The notes under the pieces were generated by a model that was not told the origin of the DNA, made no database searches, and saw nothing but the letters and a program-made list of their open reading frames with translations. This document shows, piece by piece, positions 36,601-47,875 of a DNA stretch of 64,000 nt. Each line of letters opens with the position of its first letter. The stretch's first letter is position 1. The stretch spans positions 45,322,001 to 45,386,000 of the forward strand of contig NC_083236.1 in NCBI RefSeq assembly GCF_032191835.1, in the 5' to 3' direction. Origin of the DNA: Heteronotia binoei. Taxonomy: Eukaryota. A program made the translations under genes and the position numbers.

Positions 36601-39600
36601 GTCCTGGTCCCCTTTCACCGTTCCACTTTCCTTCCCCTTTGTATATCAGATGCTAGATGAGAACATCCGAGTGGCCGCCCTCATCTCCGACACCCTCCTA
36701 CAGAAGGTGCACAGCATGGCTCTGGCAGAGTTGGAGACCTTTCTGGGCAGGTCAGTAGTTCCCCCATGCTGCCTCTTCAGTGGGAAGCCAGAAGCAGGAG
36801 TGAGTGGTTGTCATGCGGGGAAAGGACCCTCTAGCGCTGCCCTTCAAGGACACACAACAACCAGCTGGCTGGTTCCTGCTTATCGCTAGCCTCCAGGTAG
36901 GGCCGGAAGTTCTCCTGGAATCACAACTTTGCAATAGGATTAGGATTGCGAATTAGAAACAATGCAAGAATGTATGCCCTATGATGTGTCAGAAAATGGA
37001 ATTGCAAAAGTAACAGCATAGGAGACAGGATAATGCATACCGTAAAACGTGGTCCAGACTATAATCCCGTTCCCTTTATAAAACCGCCTTTCGGAACCAT
37101 TCCATTATACTGTAGCCCCGTTCCCTGTATAAAAATGCCCTCTCAAACCATTCTGGTTTCTACAGTTTGCAATAAATCAGCTACAGCTTGTGAACCAGCC
37201 CATTTTCTGATATGCTGAGTAGCTGGTCTTCTTTTCCTTGAAAAAGAGGTGCCAGAACTCTCAAGAGGGAAATGAAGGAGAAACACACGGGTGCCCCTCC
37301 ATGAACTTTTAAACATTTGTTTCCACAAAGAGGTTCTGGAACTCTGTTCTGCCACATTCCCCCAGGGGAAAAAGCCCTGCTGCGTAGGCAGGTTGAGTGG
37401 AGGTGTTCATAGGTGTGGAACTTCTGTGGCAAGTTGTCCCGCCAGTGCCTAGGGTCTTCTTTCCTTTTAGGCACCAAGTAAACCTAGGGTTTCCAGGTTG
37501 CTTCTGGCCACTGACAGATGATGGGGTGGTAGGGTTGCCATATCCAGACTGGAGATTTGGGGATGGAGCCTGGTGAGGAGCCTGGTGAGGAGAGGGACCT
37601 CAGTGGGGTAGAATGCCCTAGAGCCCACCCTCCAAAGATCTATTTTTTCCCAGAGGAACTTGTCTCCATAGTCTGGAGATGAGTTGTAATTCCAAGGGAT
37701 CCCCAGGTCCCACCTGGAGGCTTCCTTCCTTCCTTCCTTCCTTCCTTCCTTCCTTCCTTCCTTCCTTCCTTCCTTCCTTCCTTCCTTCCTTCCTTCCTTC
37801 CTTCCTTCCAACATCTGATGCTTATTCCATGTGTCTCTTACCTTAAGCAAGTTTGGCCACCCCTAGTCTAGATGAACTGGAAGTCCTAGAGTGGCACTAC
37901 ATCTGTGCTGAGCTCCCTCCACTCCCCAAGCACCACACCCAAATCTCCAGGAACTTCCCAAAGTGGAGATGGCTGCCCTACCAGGCGCTGAACTTTGCAC
38001 TCATGGCATGCCCAGAGGTCTAACTTGTTGAAAGATGCCCTAGTGGTAACCGCTGTGCTTCTCTGCAGCCTGACCGAGGCCCTGGTGGAATTCGACAGAG
38101 AACACCAACGAGAGCCAGCCTCCTCCAAGCGCCATGCCTCTTACCTGCTGTCCGCCATCAACAACTGCTTGGCTCTTAGGTACTCACCGAAACAATGGCT
38201 GGCATGTCTCCTTCCGTGGCTGCCCTCCTGTCCCCAGACCCCTCTTGCTTACGGCCTGCTCCAAGCCCACTTTCCAACTCTCTCTCTCCCTCTCCACGGG
38301 CAGTGCTTCCGTCTCCACCCTCTGCACAGAAGGACTGTCGGCTTCAGAGCCCAGCAAGATGCCGCCCTCGCTGAACGCAGCCTTGGAGAAGGCCCAGAAG
38401 AAGGCATGTCGGCTGCTGCTGGATGCGATGCTAGAAGATCTTCAGGTTTTAAATAATCAACTTTTATTGAATGCCCAAAACAAATTATAACAATTCCAAA
38501 ATAAAAATCATATCAATCCAGAGCTGGGGTGGCCAAACCATGGCTTGGGAGCCACAAATAGCTTTCACACATATTGTGTGGCTCTCAAAGCCCCCACTGC
38601 CTTGTCAGCCAGCTTGGAGAAGGCATTTCTCTCTTTACATCACTTCTCCAAGTCATGTCAGCCAGCAGCTTGGAGAATGCATTTAAAGTTGCTTTCTTTC
38701 CACTTCTCCCTCCCTCCCTTCCTTCCTTCCAGCTCTCAAACATCTGACATTTATTTTATGTGGCTCTTACATTAAGCAAGTTTGGCCACCCCTGATCCGG
38801 AGCATTAATGAAATATATATTACAATACAAAACAGAAAGGTTCTGATAGAAGGCAGTAGATATGGGGTTCTCGGGGGGGGGGGGTCTCCATCCAGGCAGA
38901 ACCAGATGAGCTTAGTTTCATTACGTGCCTTCAGACCAGAGGAGGAACACTGGCACCACAAGGCTTAACTTTAACGGAGCTTTCATGAGACAGAGGTCAC
39001 TTCTTCAGATCTCATTTGAACAAGAATTAGTGAGTTCTTCTGTCTCACAAAAGCTCATAATGAAATAAATGTCGTTAGTCTATTGTGGCAAAACGAACCA
39101 GAAGACTAACTCTGGAACTAAGGACCATTGAAATTTAAACTTGAAATGGAGCGAATTAAAACATGCACATCCAAACAGGCCTCTTTAGGCTCTGAACCAC
39201 TTCCCATCAGTGCCGGATTAAACCCTGTGGAGGCCCCTAGGCAGTCAAAATCTCGGGGTCTCCTCTCAAATTATCTCAGAGTCCGAGCACCCACCCTACC
39301 ACCCATGACCCCCACTGCAGCCTGCAGGCACCTTCTCCAAAGCCCCTTTGACAAAGTTGTGGGGGAGAGGCAGAAAGAGGCAAACTTAGTGACGATGCCA
39401 GCAGCAGCCTCACCAGACAAGTCGGGCAAAGAGCGACTCAGTTGCTGGCTAAGTGTGTAGGCTGGGAGGACTGCAAGCAGGGAGAAAACTGGGTGGGCGA
39501 AGCCAGCCCGGGGCCCCTAAAGGTGTAGGGGCCCATGGGCCAGTGCCTACTTGGCCTAATTGTTAATCTGGCCCTGCTTCCCATGTCCTTCTTCCTGATT

Positions 39601-42600
39601 TTATTATATATGTGTGGCACGGATTAATGATGTTTTACATGAGAATTGCCTGTGTTTTTATGATTGCTTCATAAATGCTGCTGTGGGCTTCCTTCTCAAA
39701 GGCAAGGAAGAAGGGATATAATTTTTTAAAAAATACATGTATGTCAATCCTTTTCTGCTTCAGCCTCTGTTTGCACAGCTGCCCTCCCGTCAATGGCTGT
39801 CCAACCCCCAGATGATGCGTAACATATGTGAGGTGATCAACACCCACGTGAAAGGCTTCTGCCGGGCTCGCAGACCTTTCAGCAAGGTAAGATCTGGGGT
39901 GATAGTGCACAGGGGTGGAATTCTAGCAGAAGTTCCTTTGCATATTAGGCCACACACCCTGCTGATGTAGCCAATCCTCCAAGAGCTTTCAAGGCTCTTT
40001 TTTGTAAGCTCTTGGAAGATTGGTTACATCAGGGGTGTGTGGCCTAATATGCAAAGGAGCTCCTGCTAGAATTCCACCCCTGATAGCAGATGTAAGAATC
40101 CCTGCTGCGAACTGGCCAGCTTCTGGTCTTTGAGGATGGCTGCCTCTGCTGTGTGTTAATGCCAGCTGTATGTCCAAATCCATTGTGCATTTGTTGGACA
40201 TAGGATGCTACCTTGTACAACATCAGACTAGCACATTTAGCCCTTCACAATGCACTCAGACCAAAAGCAGTTCTCCAAGATTTCAGGAGAAAATCTTTCC
40301 CAAGCCCCAGCATCCTGCTAAATTGAGTTGCCGGAGGTCAAACCTGGACTCTTACACTTGCAGTCTGTAAATTATGGCCCAGATAAGTTGAACACATACA
40401 GCCAGGCCTCATTTTGGGTAGGAGCTCACAGGAGTGGAGCTCCGGAACCTCTACATTTTATTGTGCTCTAGGGTGACCATAATGTCTGAAGGCCAGCCAG
40501 GGACACTGGGGGGGGGGGGGTGCGGAAACAGGAAGTGACGTCACTTCCGGTGACGTCACTTCCGGTGATGTCATGCCACCACCGGAAACAGGAAGTGGCA
40601 TCACTTCCTGTGACATCATTTCCCCCGCGTCACCTGCCGGGAACAGGAAGTGACTTCACAGCACTTCCTGTGACGTCCCCAAAAATCCCCCAAATATCAC
40701 CGCCGGAAACAATTTTGTTCTCAAATCCTGTATATACTTCATCAGTATATGGGATAAGGCACTTTCTCAACTGTGCTGCATAATGCAGCCTATTTTGAGG
40801 GGTTATAGAGTGTTTCGAGCCCGTCCCTGTGGCATCGGTCCCATCGTTGTGGGACCAAGGGGGCCGGCGCAGCGGCACGCCGAAGCAGCCTGTCACTAAT
40901 AACACCGGTCAAGATGCAGGACAGGAACCTGGAAGTGACCGACAGGCTGCTGATAGGAACCCTCCAGGGACCTGATTAGGTCCCTGGGCCACATGTTTGA
41001 CACCTCTGTTCTAACCTGCTTATTTGCTGCATCATGTGCTTTCATTCTATGGCTATATCCGGAGGTGAAGAGCTGCAACTGAAAGATTACGTATATATTT
41101 TTAAAGTCAAAGGCTATGGGAGGGGAGCTGGGACAAGGAAAGTGTGAGGAAAACAGCAGTGTGGGTGATCTGTTGCCACTCCAAAATGCATTTGTAGAAG
41201 ACAGAAGGAACACAACACATCATTACTGTATGGATCCAGCCCCCTGGTATTATATAGTTAACCAGCAGGCTGTCCTTATTCTCAGATGTGTATGTGAAGG
41301 ACACACATATTTGTAGATTCATATGTTGTGTTTAGGGTTGCTAGGTCCCACCAGGCCACCGGTGGGTGATGAGGGGTAGGATTGCCAAATCAAGATTGGG
41401 AAACTCATGAAGATTTGGGGATGTGGTTTGGGAAGGAGAGGGACCTCAGTGGGGTGCAGTGCCATAGAGTCAACCCTCCAAGCTAGCCGTTTTCTCCAGG
41501 GGAACTGATATTTGTAGTCTGGAGATGAACTGTAAATCCTGTAGACCTGGAGGCTGGCATCCCTAGCTTGTGTTTTTAGGTATACATTTTATTAAAAAAA
41601 ACTTTGATGTGTACAAACCTGCAAAGTTGTGGCCTAAACCAGTTCCAGGAAGGAACTGGTTACCTCAAGGGTCCCCAACATGGCACCCGCCAACATCTTT
41701 CCTGGCACCCATCAAGGGTTTTTGGAAAGTGGGTGGGGCCAGCTGGGGCTTTTGCCCAGCAAGGCTTTTAATTGGCCACTGGAGATTTGATTGGCTGTGC
41801 AGATTTTTTTTTTCAACTGTGGTTTGGCAGCTACCACAGCACAAAGATCTTGACTGTTACTCAAGGTAAACCATGGCAGCCATTTTGTGACCACATCCTC
41901 TAAAGGTGGCCATGGGCTCAAAAAAGTTGGGGACCCCTGGATTACATCATATCTATATATTCATGAAGTGTATCTTTTACTGTGAAGACTGGCTTGGTTT
42001 CTGGCAGGACACAGACAGCACCTCTGCCCTGGCCTTAGTGCTTCTACCCCCGCCCCCCACCAGAAGTCATAAGAATATGACTGAGCCAAGTCTTTTCTTC
42101 CCTCAATGTCCAGTATCTCCTGTCAGATTCTGAACACTTGGTCATGAGCCAGTACGTGAAAGCCCTGCTGCAGAAGAAGATGGTGTGCCGGAACACAGAG
42201 GAGAGGAATCAGATGGGCCGGCAGATGTTGCAGGATGCCTCTCAGCTGAAGGAGCTCTTCTGCAGCCTGGTGAGAATTTTCCTGGAGAAGGGGATTGGCA
42301 AGTACTGGGAATCACTCAGGACAAGTGGGCTGACTTTGCTAACCAGGCCTACACAGAAGTACAAAGAGGAGGCCACAGTTTTGAAACCTCTTCCTCAGAA
42401 TCTTTGCTCCCAAGATTCTCTAAGCTTGTGGTGGGGAGGCCCATAGTCACTATGGGGGCTCTGTGAGGGCACTGCCCCGACTTCTGGGGGCCCCTATGGG
42501 ATGCAGCCTGCTTTTTCTCTGTGTGTGGGTTTTTTTGCCATGCCTGAGCTGGCGAAGTGTCATCAGCGGCAGCCAGAGCCAGGAGAGCTGTGTGAGGCAC

Positions 42601-45600
42601 AGTGCATTGCAACAGCAAAAGCAGCAGGCGGAGAGGAGGGAGGTGGAGGGGCAGGAGGCAGAGAAAGCTGAGTAGAATGAACCAGTGTGGGAGGGACAGA
42701 TGGAGCTGCTGGCTGCAAAGTGCTGGAGTGGGGGAGGGGGAGGTAGAAGAAAAGTCCCCTGCTTGCAAGCAAGGCGTAGTCCCTTCTTGACCCCAAAGTT
42801 TTAGGGTTGGCGGCCTCAACTTGGCCACTTTCAGAGCCTCCAGCTCTTGCCCCTACCCCAGAAAGCTTCTGAGAAGTGGCAAGCCCCACAGTGGATGGGA
42901 AAGGATGCCCCCCCAACTTTTTAAAAAGCCTCCCCATAACTTTTAAAACTCTGGCTATACCTGTGGGGGGGGGGATTACTGGGCTGGTTTTGCCCTCCAT
43001 CACACACACATCAGTCTCAGTCCCATAGCCCAATTGGAAATCAGACTGGGAAGGGTCCAAAGCAGATGAGTTGCCCCCAATGTCCTGAAGATGGTCCATC
43101 ACTGTTCTCTCTCACTCATCTTGCCCAGGAAGGGCAAATTAAGAGACTGGGTGGTAATTGGCCGCAACAGTTTTTGGTAGGCATGGTTTTTAAAGTAAAT
43201 CCGTTTAATGGAATGGAGTGGTAGGTCAGGGGCAAGATCCACCCATCTGACTCCCATGGTAACTGTTATGTTTTCCCAGGGCTTGGAGGAGAGCGATCAG
43301 TCCCTCAAAGTGATTGCTGATCTACAGGAGCTGATCAGCCTCAAGGATCCCACCATGCTTGAACTGGTAGTGCCGGGATTTGTGACAAAATACCCAGATG
43401 TCAGGTAGAGCACCTAAATCCCGAATGTTAGGGAGTTGTCTCTGGCACCATCTAGTGCCTGCCAAAGGAAATACAACTCTTGGGGTTGGTATTATCTTTT
43501 GTTGTTGTTTTTCAGTCGCACAGTCGAGTCCGACTCTTTGCAACCCCATGGACCAAGTCACGCCAGACCCTCCAGTCTTCCAACATCCTCTGAAGTCTGC
43601 TCAAATTCATGTTAGTTACATCAGTAATGCTGTCCAGCCATCTCTAGGCAGTATAATAAAAAGGAGAGACATCACCCTGCCAACAAAAGTCCGTATAGTC
43701 AAAGCGATGGTATTCCCAATAGTAAGGTATGGCTGTGAGAGTTGGACCATAAGGAAGGCCGAGCGCAGAAGAATAGATGCTTTTGAGTTGTGGTGCTGGA
43801 GAAGACTCTTGAGAGTCCCTTGGACTGCAAGAAGATCAAAGCAGCCAGTCCTAAGGGAAATCAATCCTGACTGTTCCCTGGAAAGTCAAATGCTGAAGCT
43901 GAAGCTCAAATTCTTTGGCCACCAAATGAGAAGGGATCACTCCCTGGAGAAGACCCTGCTGCTGGGAAAGACAGAAGGCAAAAGAAGAAGTGGATGGCAA
44001 AAGATGAGATGGCTGGACAGCGTTACTGATGTAACTAACCTCCATATGCAGGTGTTACCCTTCATGGCCAGCAGGGTTGCCAACCTTCAGGTGGAGCCTT
44101 GAGATTTCCCAGAATTATAAATTATTTCAAGGCTATAGGAGCCAGTTCCCCTAACAAAAACAGCTGCTTTGGTGGGTGTATTCTAAGGCGCCATAACCTG
44201 CTGAAGTCCCTCCCAAACCCCTAACCTCCCCAGGTTGCACCCTCAAATCTCCAAATATTTACTGACCAGAAATCAGCAATACTAAGCAGGAAGGGCTGTC
44301 TGGTATGACTCAGGGAATATCTGGGGACTTTGGGGGGTGGAGCCAGGAGCAAGGTAGTGACAAGCATGATTGAACTCCAAAGGGAGTTCTCACCATCACA
44401 TTTTAAAGGAACTGTGCTCCTTTTAATTTCCCTCCATTGGAAATTTGGTGCCCCTCCCTAAAAAAAACAGGGGCCCCCGAGCCCCAGATACCCACAGATC
44501 GATTCTCTATAGGGTATAACAGAGTGTCCCGATGGAGCCTTTCCCATACACAAGCAAGGCGAGGTGGTGAACTGGGGTGTGTGTCTGCCTGTTGTTGTTC
44601 CTCATCAGTTGTAGAGCCAGGTGCTGAGAATGCAGGTGGTGGCAGTGAATCAGTCAAGTGGTGAGAGGGGCCAGCTGTCGCCTCCGCTGGGCCTGTTAAC
44701 CCTGTAGGTTCTGCCTGGCCAGGCCCATCATCAGAGCCCATGATACGCCCATCCCTGTGCTCCGGCCTCCTACACTCCTTTTCAGGGAGCAGGAGCCTTA
44801 ACATTTAGTACATGTCTAATCCAGTTGGCTTCAATGTAATATAGTGGCAAAAGCGCTGGACTAGGACCAGAGAGACACGAGTTCAAATCCCCACTCAGCC
44901 GTCCAGTGGACATTCCACCCCCCGCTTTCTGATAACTGCGAATTGGGGGGGGGGGAGCCTCCAAACTAGGGGATTCCCTGCCTGCACCCTGCTGAGTGAT
45001 TGGCAACCCTAAAGTTACTGAAGTAAAACGGGAGTGTCCAAATTACTTGGTGCCTCAAGCGGGCACAGTTTGTCTGCCTTCCCTTTTTGCCCCTATTCTA
45101 TGGAAGAAATATAAACCTTCTTCAGAGTTAAGAGAAACTGTGGGGTGGCCATGGGTGGAACATCCATCTAAAAGCTCTCCTTGTAGCCACTATGGGGATG
45201 GATGCAGGGCAGTACTAAGCGCCATTTTCAAAATGGCTGCGCTACACTCCATATTCCCTAGGGTTGCCAGGTCTCCCCTGGATACCGGTAGGGGATGGGG
45301 GGGGGGGGGTTAGGGTTGCCAGATCCAGGTTGGGAAACACCTGGAGATTTGGGGATGAAACCTCAGGAGGACAGGGACCTTAGTGGGGCACAATGCTACA
45401 CATTCCACCCTCCCAAGCATTCATTTTGGACTGATTTCTATAGTCTGGAGATGAGCTGAAATTCCAGGGGATCTCATGGTCCCATCTGGAGGCTGGCATC
45501 TCTAGCATTCCCCCAACCCCTCCCAACCCTTTAAACAGGCTTTCCCCCCATTATTTTGCCAAGCCACACTGTAGCACTATGATGTGTCAAAGAAAGAGAA

Positions 45601-46940
45601 CAAAAAAGCCTTTTACAAAAGAAATGTATGGTGGCGGGGGGCGGGGGGGGGATGTAATATTTCCAGATTTTTTTCAGAAAAAAAAGTTGGGAAAATTTGA
45701 AATATATGCAATACTTACTGTCCCATCCAACCTGAACTAATTTTACTGTTTTAACAAAAATAGATCTTGGGCCAAACCCAGGAAAAGGTGGGAGTTGGCC
45801 AGTGGATTGGCCTCCACCAAATCTCACTTCCCCCCAAATGTAAATTGGAGCCAAGCAAGTTTGTTAAGCCCAACAAAGGCCTTTCAGTGTGACTGTTGCC
45901 ACATTGAAAATGGATGCAGCCTGCCAGGGTTAAGGATTAAACTTTCTTTTCCAACAGACACATACATATTTAAGTATTGATGTGTTCTGGATATCAAAAC
46001 CTTAGTAATGATACAGCCAAAAACTTTTGCAGATCACAATTACCTTTTACAATATCAAGTGTCCTTCAGCCCTCTAGGCCAGCCAGAAGGATGGACAATA
46101 TAGCCACCTTTGCTAGATCTCAGGTGAGAGATCTGTCCTCCCTGATGGATCCAGCAGCAAGAGAGCTTCTCTTCCTATTGCCAGAAACATTATCAAAGCT
46201 CTTTCCTCACCCCCTTGACCTAGATCTGCTCAGGTCAAAACAGCTTTTCCTGTCTCCAGAGATAGTCTTCCTATTTGATACCTCCACATATATGGTTCCT
46301 GTTTGGAGAAGGGAGAAGAGAAAATGGGGTGTTTATCTATCCATCTATCTATCCATTGTCTGCTCTGCTAGACACACGGGGCGGGGCGGGGCGGGGCAGG
46401 GGAGTTTTCCTGCCTCACAATGTCCCAGGAGAAAAATGCATTTTTTCACAGGATCCACTGCCCCATTCATGCCTTTGAAGATCATTCTCTCTCCTTGAAA
46501 ATCTAAAATGGATTGGAAAACATTTTCATACACTTAAAGGAGCTTTTCGCTATGCCTGCACTGGTTGCCCAGGGGAGGCCTAAGCCCCCGCCCCCCGAGC
46601 CCTGTACTGATAGCTTGGGGGGGAGGCTCAGACCCTCCTGGAAAAATCCAGTGGGGGCTTGTTTCCCTGAGGCCCCCTCCCCATAGTTTACACCTATGGT
46701 CAGCAGGAAGGCCAAGGAGGAGTGACATGCCTTCTGTCTTACTCTCCCTGCAGCGATGACCACATTTCCATGATCCTGGAAGTGCGTGGTGACGTCTCTA
46801 AAGAAATCCGCAACAACGTCCTGGAGATAATGGTGCAGAATCCACAGGCCCTGCCAGAAAACCACCAGCCTATCTTTAGTAACATTCTGGTTCCTGCTCC
46901 AGAGCTGCCCTACTGCCTCGGCAAGCCCAAGTGTGCCTGA
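24638..46940 (+). CDS. EXOC3L1: Exocyst complex component 3-like protein 1 (Sec6 family), 762 aa, 13 coding exons: join(24638..24680,27229..27389,29597..29816,33100..33775,35526..35643,36385..36510,36650..36750,38069..38179,38304..38445,39764..39886,42114..42269,43280..43404,46754..46940)
   Basis: Exons sum to 2289 nt, all GT-AG and phase-consistent. Motifs EWPEMEKAEKLARGTALKWASGIFYRPEQL, VQSYLEG, QCCPPHYN, MLDENIRVA and LPSRQWLS match EXOC3L1. Head-to-head position with E2F4 matches human 16q22.1 synteny. The first coding exon is less certain. Confidence 0.93.
26107..26365. repeat. 259-bp imperfect inverted repeat (hairpin), 8-nt loop
   Basis: Arm 26107-26231 pairs with 26240-26365; loop CTAAAAGC. 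Confidence 0.8.
27229..27389 (+). CDS. EXOC3L1: EXOC3L1 coding exon 2 (EEWPEMEKAE...SSIQSRIK)
   Basis: TCTCAG| acceptor, AAG|GTGGGT donor; 161 nt. Confidence 0.95.
29597..29816 (+). CDS. EXOC3L1: EXOC3L1 coding exon 3 (STVQSYLEGM...LPRLFS)
   Basis: CTCTAG| acceptor, G|GTGAGG donor; 220 nt. Confidence 0.95.
29965..30266 (-). mobile_element. Sauria SINE (partial copy also at about 22905-22990, +)
   Basis: Minus strand AAGGTAGTCCCCTGTGCAAGCACCAGTCGTTTCTGACTCTGGGGTGA...GTGGTTTGCCATTTCCTTCCCCAGTC, typical of the Sauria SINE. Confidence 0.8.
30305..30500. mobile_element. Two inverted Penelope terminal-repeat fragments with hammerhead cores, forming a hairpin of about 150 bp
   Basis: Arms about 30305-30380 and 30383-30456 are reverse complements; both contain the PLE motif (C)TGAAGAAGTGTGCATGCACA..GAAAGCTTATA..TTGGTCTTAAAG.TGCCA. 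Confidence 0.8.
32157..32656. mobile_element. About 500-bp MITE with TAGGGTTGCC termini; copies at about 33788-34220 and 52830-53338; a shorter related family at about 22494-22690, 25690-26050, 37535-37715, 41335-41565, 45270-45505, 51579-51815, 58131-58325, 59230-59365
   Basis: Terminal inverted repeats TAGGGTTGCC/GGCAACCCTA and many dispersed similar copies in the window. Confidence 0.75.
33100..33775 (+). CDS. EXOC3L1: EXOC3L1 coding exon 4 (VHELLSES...WVLHVYP)
   Basis: ACGCAG| acceptor, AG|GTCAGT donor; 676 nt. Confidence 0.95.
34495..34800 (+). repeat. Tandem array, 81-bp unit x about 4, each unit with ATGCAAAT; related arrays at about 16605-16865 (-, 3 units) and 60040-60295 (+, 3 units)
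   Basis: ATGCAAAT at 34510, 34591, 34672 and 34753, an exact 81-bp period. The unit shares GGCCTAATATGCAAA with the palindromic MITE. Confidence 0.85.
35526..35643 (+). CDS. EXOC3L1: EXOC3L1 coding exon 5 (AEMMAHPSLLPEVD...VIKVQ)
   Basis: CCGCAG| acceptor, CAG|GTAAGA donor; 118 nt. Confidence 0.95.
36385..36510 (+). CDS. EXOC3L1: EXOC3L1 coding exon 6 (ASISEWMQKTLE...PIIAMK)
   Basis: CTCCAG| acceptor, AAG|GTGAGA donor; 126 nt. Confidence 0.95.
36650..36750 (+). CDS. EXOC3L1: EXOC3L1 coding exon 7 (MLDENIRVAALIS...ETFLG)
   Basis: TATCAG| acceptor, AG|GTCAGT donor; 101 nt. Confidence 0.95.
37721..37808. repeat. (CCTT)n microsatellite, part of a Charlie-like MITE fragment
   Basis: About 21 uninterrupted tetramer units. 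Confidence 0.9.
38069..38179 (+). CDS. EXOC3L1: EXOC3L1 coding exon 8 (LTEALVEFD...NNCLAL)
   Basis: CTGCAG| acceptor, AG|GTACTC donor; 111 nt. Confidence 0.93.
   Translation, partial: PDRGPGGIRQRTPTRASLLQAPCLLPAVRHQQLLGS
38304..38445 (+). CDS. EXOC3L1: EXOC3L1 coding exon 9 (ASVSTLC...MLEDLQ)
   Basis: GGGCAG| acceptor, weak donor CAG|GTTTTA; 142 nt. Confidence 0.88.
38920..39085. mobile_element. Penelope terminal-repeat fragments (inverted pair) with hammerhead core
   Basis: Minus strand CTGAAGAAGTGACCTCTGTCTCATGAAAGCTC at about 38976-39008; plus-strand degenerate partner GTGAGTTCTTCTGTCTCACAAAAGCTCATAATGAAATAAA. Confidence 0.65.
39764..39886 (+). CDS. EXOC3L1: EXOC3L1 coding exon 10 (PLFAQLPSRQWLS...RPFSK)
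   Basis: CTTCAG| acceptor, AAG|GTAAGA donor; 123 nt. Confidence 0.95.
40469..40960 (+). mobile_element. DNA-transposon fragment starting TAGGGTGACCA (hAT-Blackjack-like end) with subterminal GGAAGTGACGTCAC repeats
   Basis: TIR-like start at 40469; CpG-rich repeated motifs at 40520-40680. The matching right end was not found. Confidence 0.55.
42114..42269 (+). CDS. EXOC3L1: EXOC3L1 coding exon 11 (YLLSDSEHLVMSQYVKALLQKKMVCR...LFCSL)
   Basis: GTCCAG| acceptor, CTG|GTGAGA donor; 156 nt. Confidence 0.95.
43280..43404 (+). CDS. EXOC3L1: EXOC3L1 coding exon 12 (GLEESD...TKYPDV)
   Basis: TCCCAG| acceptor, AG|GTAGAG donor; 125 nt. Confidence 0.95.
43497..44039. mobile_element. Bov-B (RTE) LINE fragment with internal inversion
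   Basis: 43645-44039 (+) encodes DITLPTKVRIVKAMVFPIVRYGCESWTIRKAERRRIDAFELWCWRRLLRVPWTARRS, the Bov-B ORF C-terminus. 43497-43644 is the element 3' end with (AAC)n tail on the minus strand. Confidence 0.9.
46754..46940 (+). CDS. EXOC3L1: EXOC3L1 last coding exon (DDHISMILEVRGD...CLGKPKCA*)
   Basis: CTGCAG| acceptor; TGA ends at 46940. Confidence 0.95.
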
Positions 46941-47869
46941 TAGACCCAGCTTGCACCCACTTGTGGAATGCCAACCTGGCTGCGGCTGCATCTCTCCCGC
47001 AAAGCTGTGTGAGTTGGAACTGGAGGTGGAAGCGGGTGAAGCCTGAGGAGGGTGGGACCCATGGGTGACTATCAGGAAAACACTCGATAAGACCCTGTCT
47101 TCCCTCTGGGCTTAAAGATTCAAGCACACTGTGCCATTCTGTGCATGGTGGGGGAACAGAGGGGGTAGAATTTCTTCTGGAAAAAATTGACACTTGCATG
47201 TGGAGGGAGAATGGTTCAGCTGTTTGGACATTGCACATTTCCCGTTCCCCAGTTTTTGCAAGTCTCGACTGTGTGCTGACCAGGCATCAGCTGGCTGTGC
47301 TTCTGTGGTTGTGTTATTTTGAGCACCAAGTTAGTATGCCTCTTATTACACTTACACTGTTGTGATGGGTGACAGCACTGCAATTGTAACAGAATCACCA
47401 TTGTCTTATTAAGTTGCCCATGTGCCATAGTTATTTCCAGGGCTGTTTTTGTAGCAGGAGCTCCTTTGCATATTAGGCCACACACCCCTGATGTAGCCAA
47501 TCCTTCTGGAGCTTACAGTAGGCCTTGTACTAAGAGCCTTGTAAGCTCTTGGAGGATTGGCTACATCAAGGGGGTGTAGCTTAAATTGCAAAGGAATTCC
47601 TGATACAAAAACACTCTGGTTATTTCTCATCTAGATTTACAGCTTGGATTTAGGGGCGCCTACACCACAAGCCTATATAGGTCTTATAAATGGTTTAAAA
47701 TTGTGCTCCTCCCTCCCCCAAAGCATCCTGGGAATTTTGCTTTGACGAGGGCATTGAGAATTGGGAGAATCCCCTAGCCTCTCCTCTTGCCAAACTATAA
47801 TCTCCCAGGGTTCCTTGACATGAAGGAAGGACTATTAAACCAGAGTTTCTGTGACACAGATGTGCCTTT

Positions 47870-47875
47870 AATAAA
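47870..47875 (+). terminator. Probable EXOC3L1 poly(A) signal AATAAA
   Basis: Canonical hexamer about 930 nt after the stop codon; not verified. Confidence 0.5.

Noticed and set aside
44510-44810. Possible LTR/PPT junction fragment (minus strand AAAAGGAG-TGTAGG)
   Set aside because: Too short, with no second LTR or pol similarity; cannot be classified without a library search.
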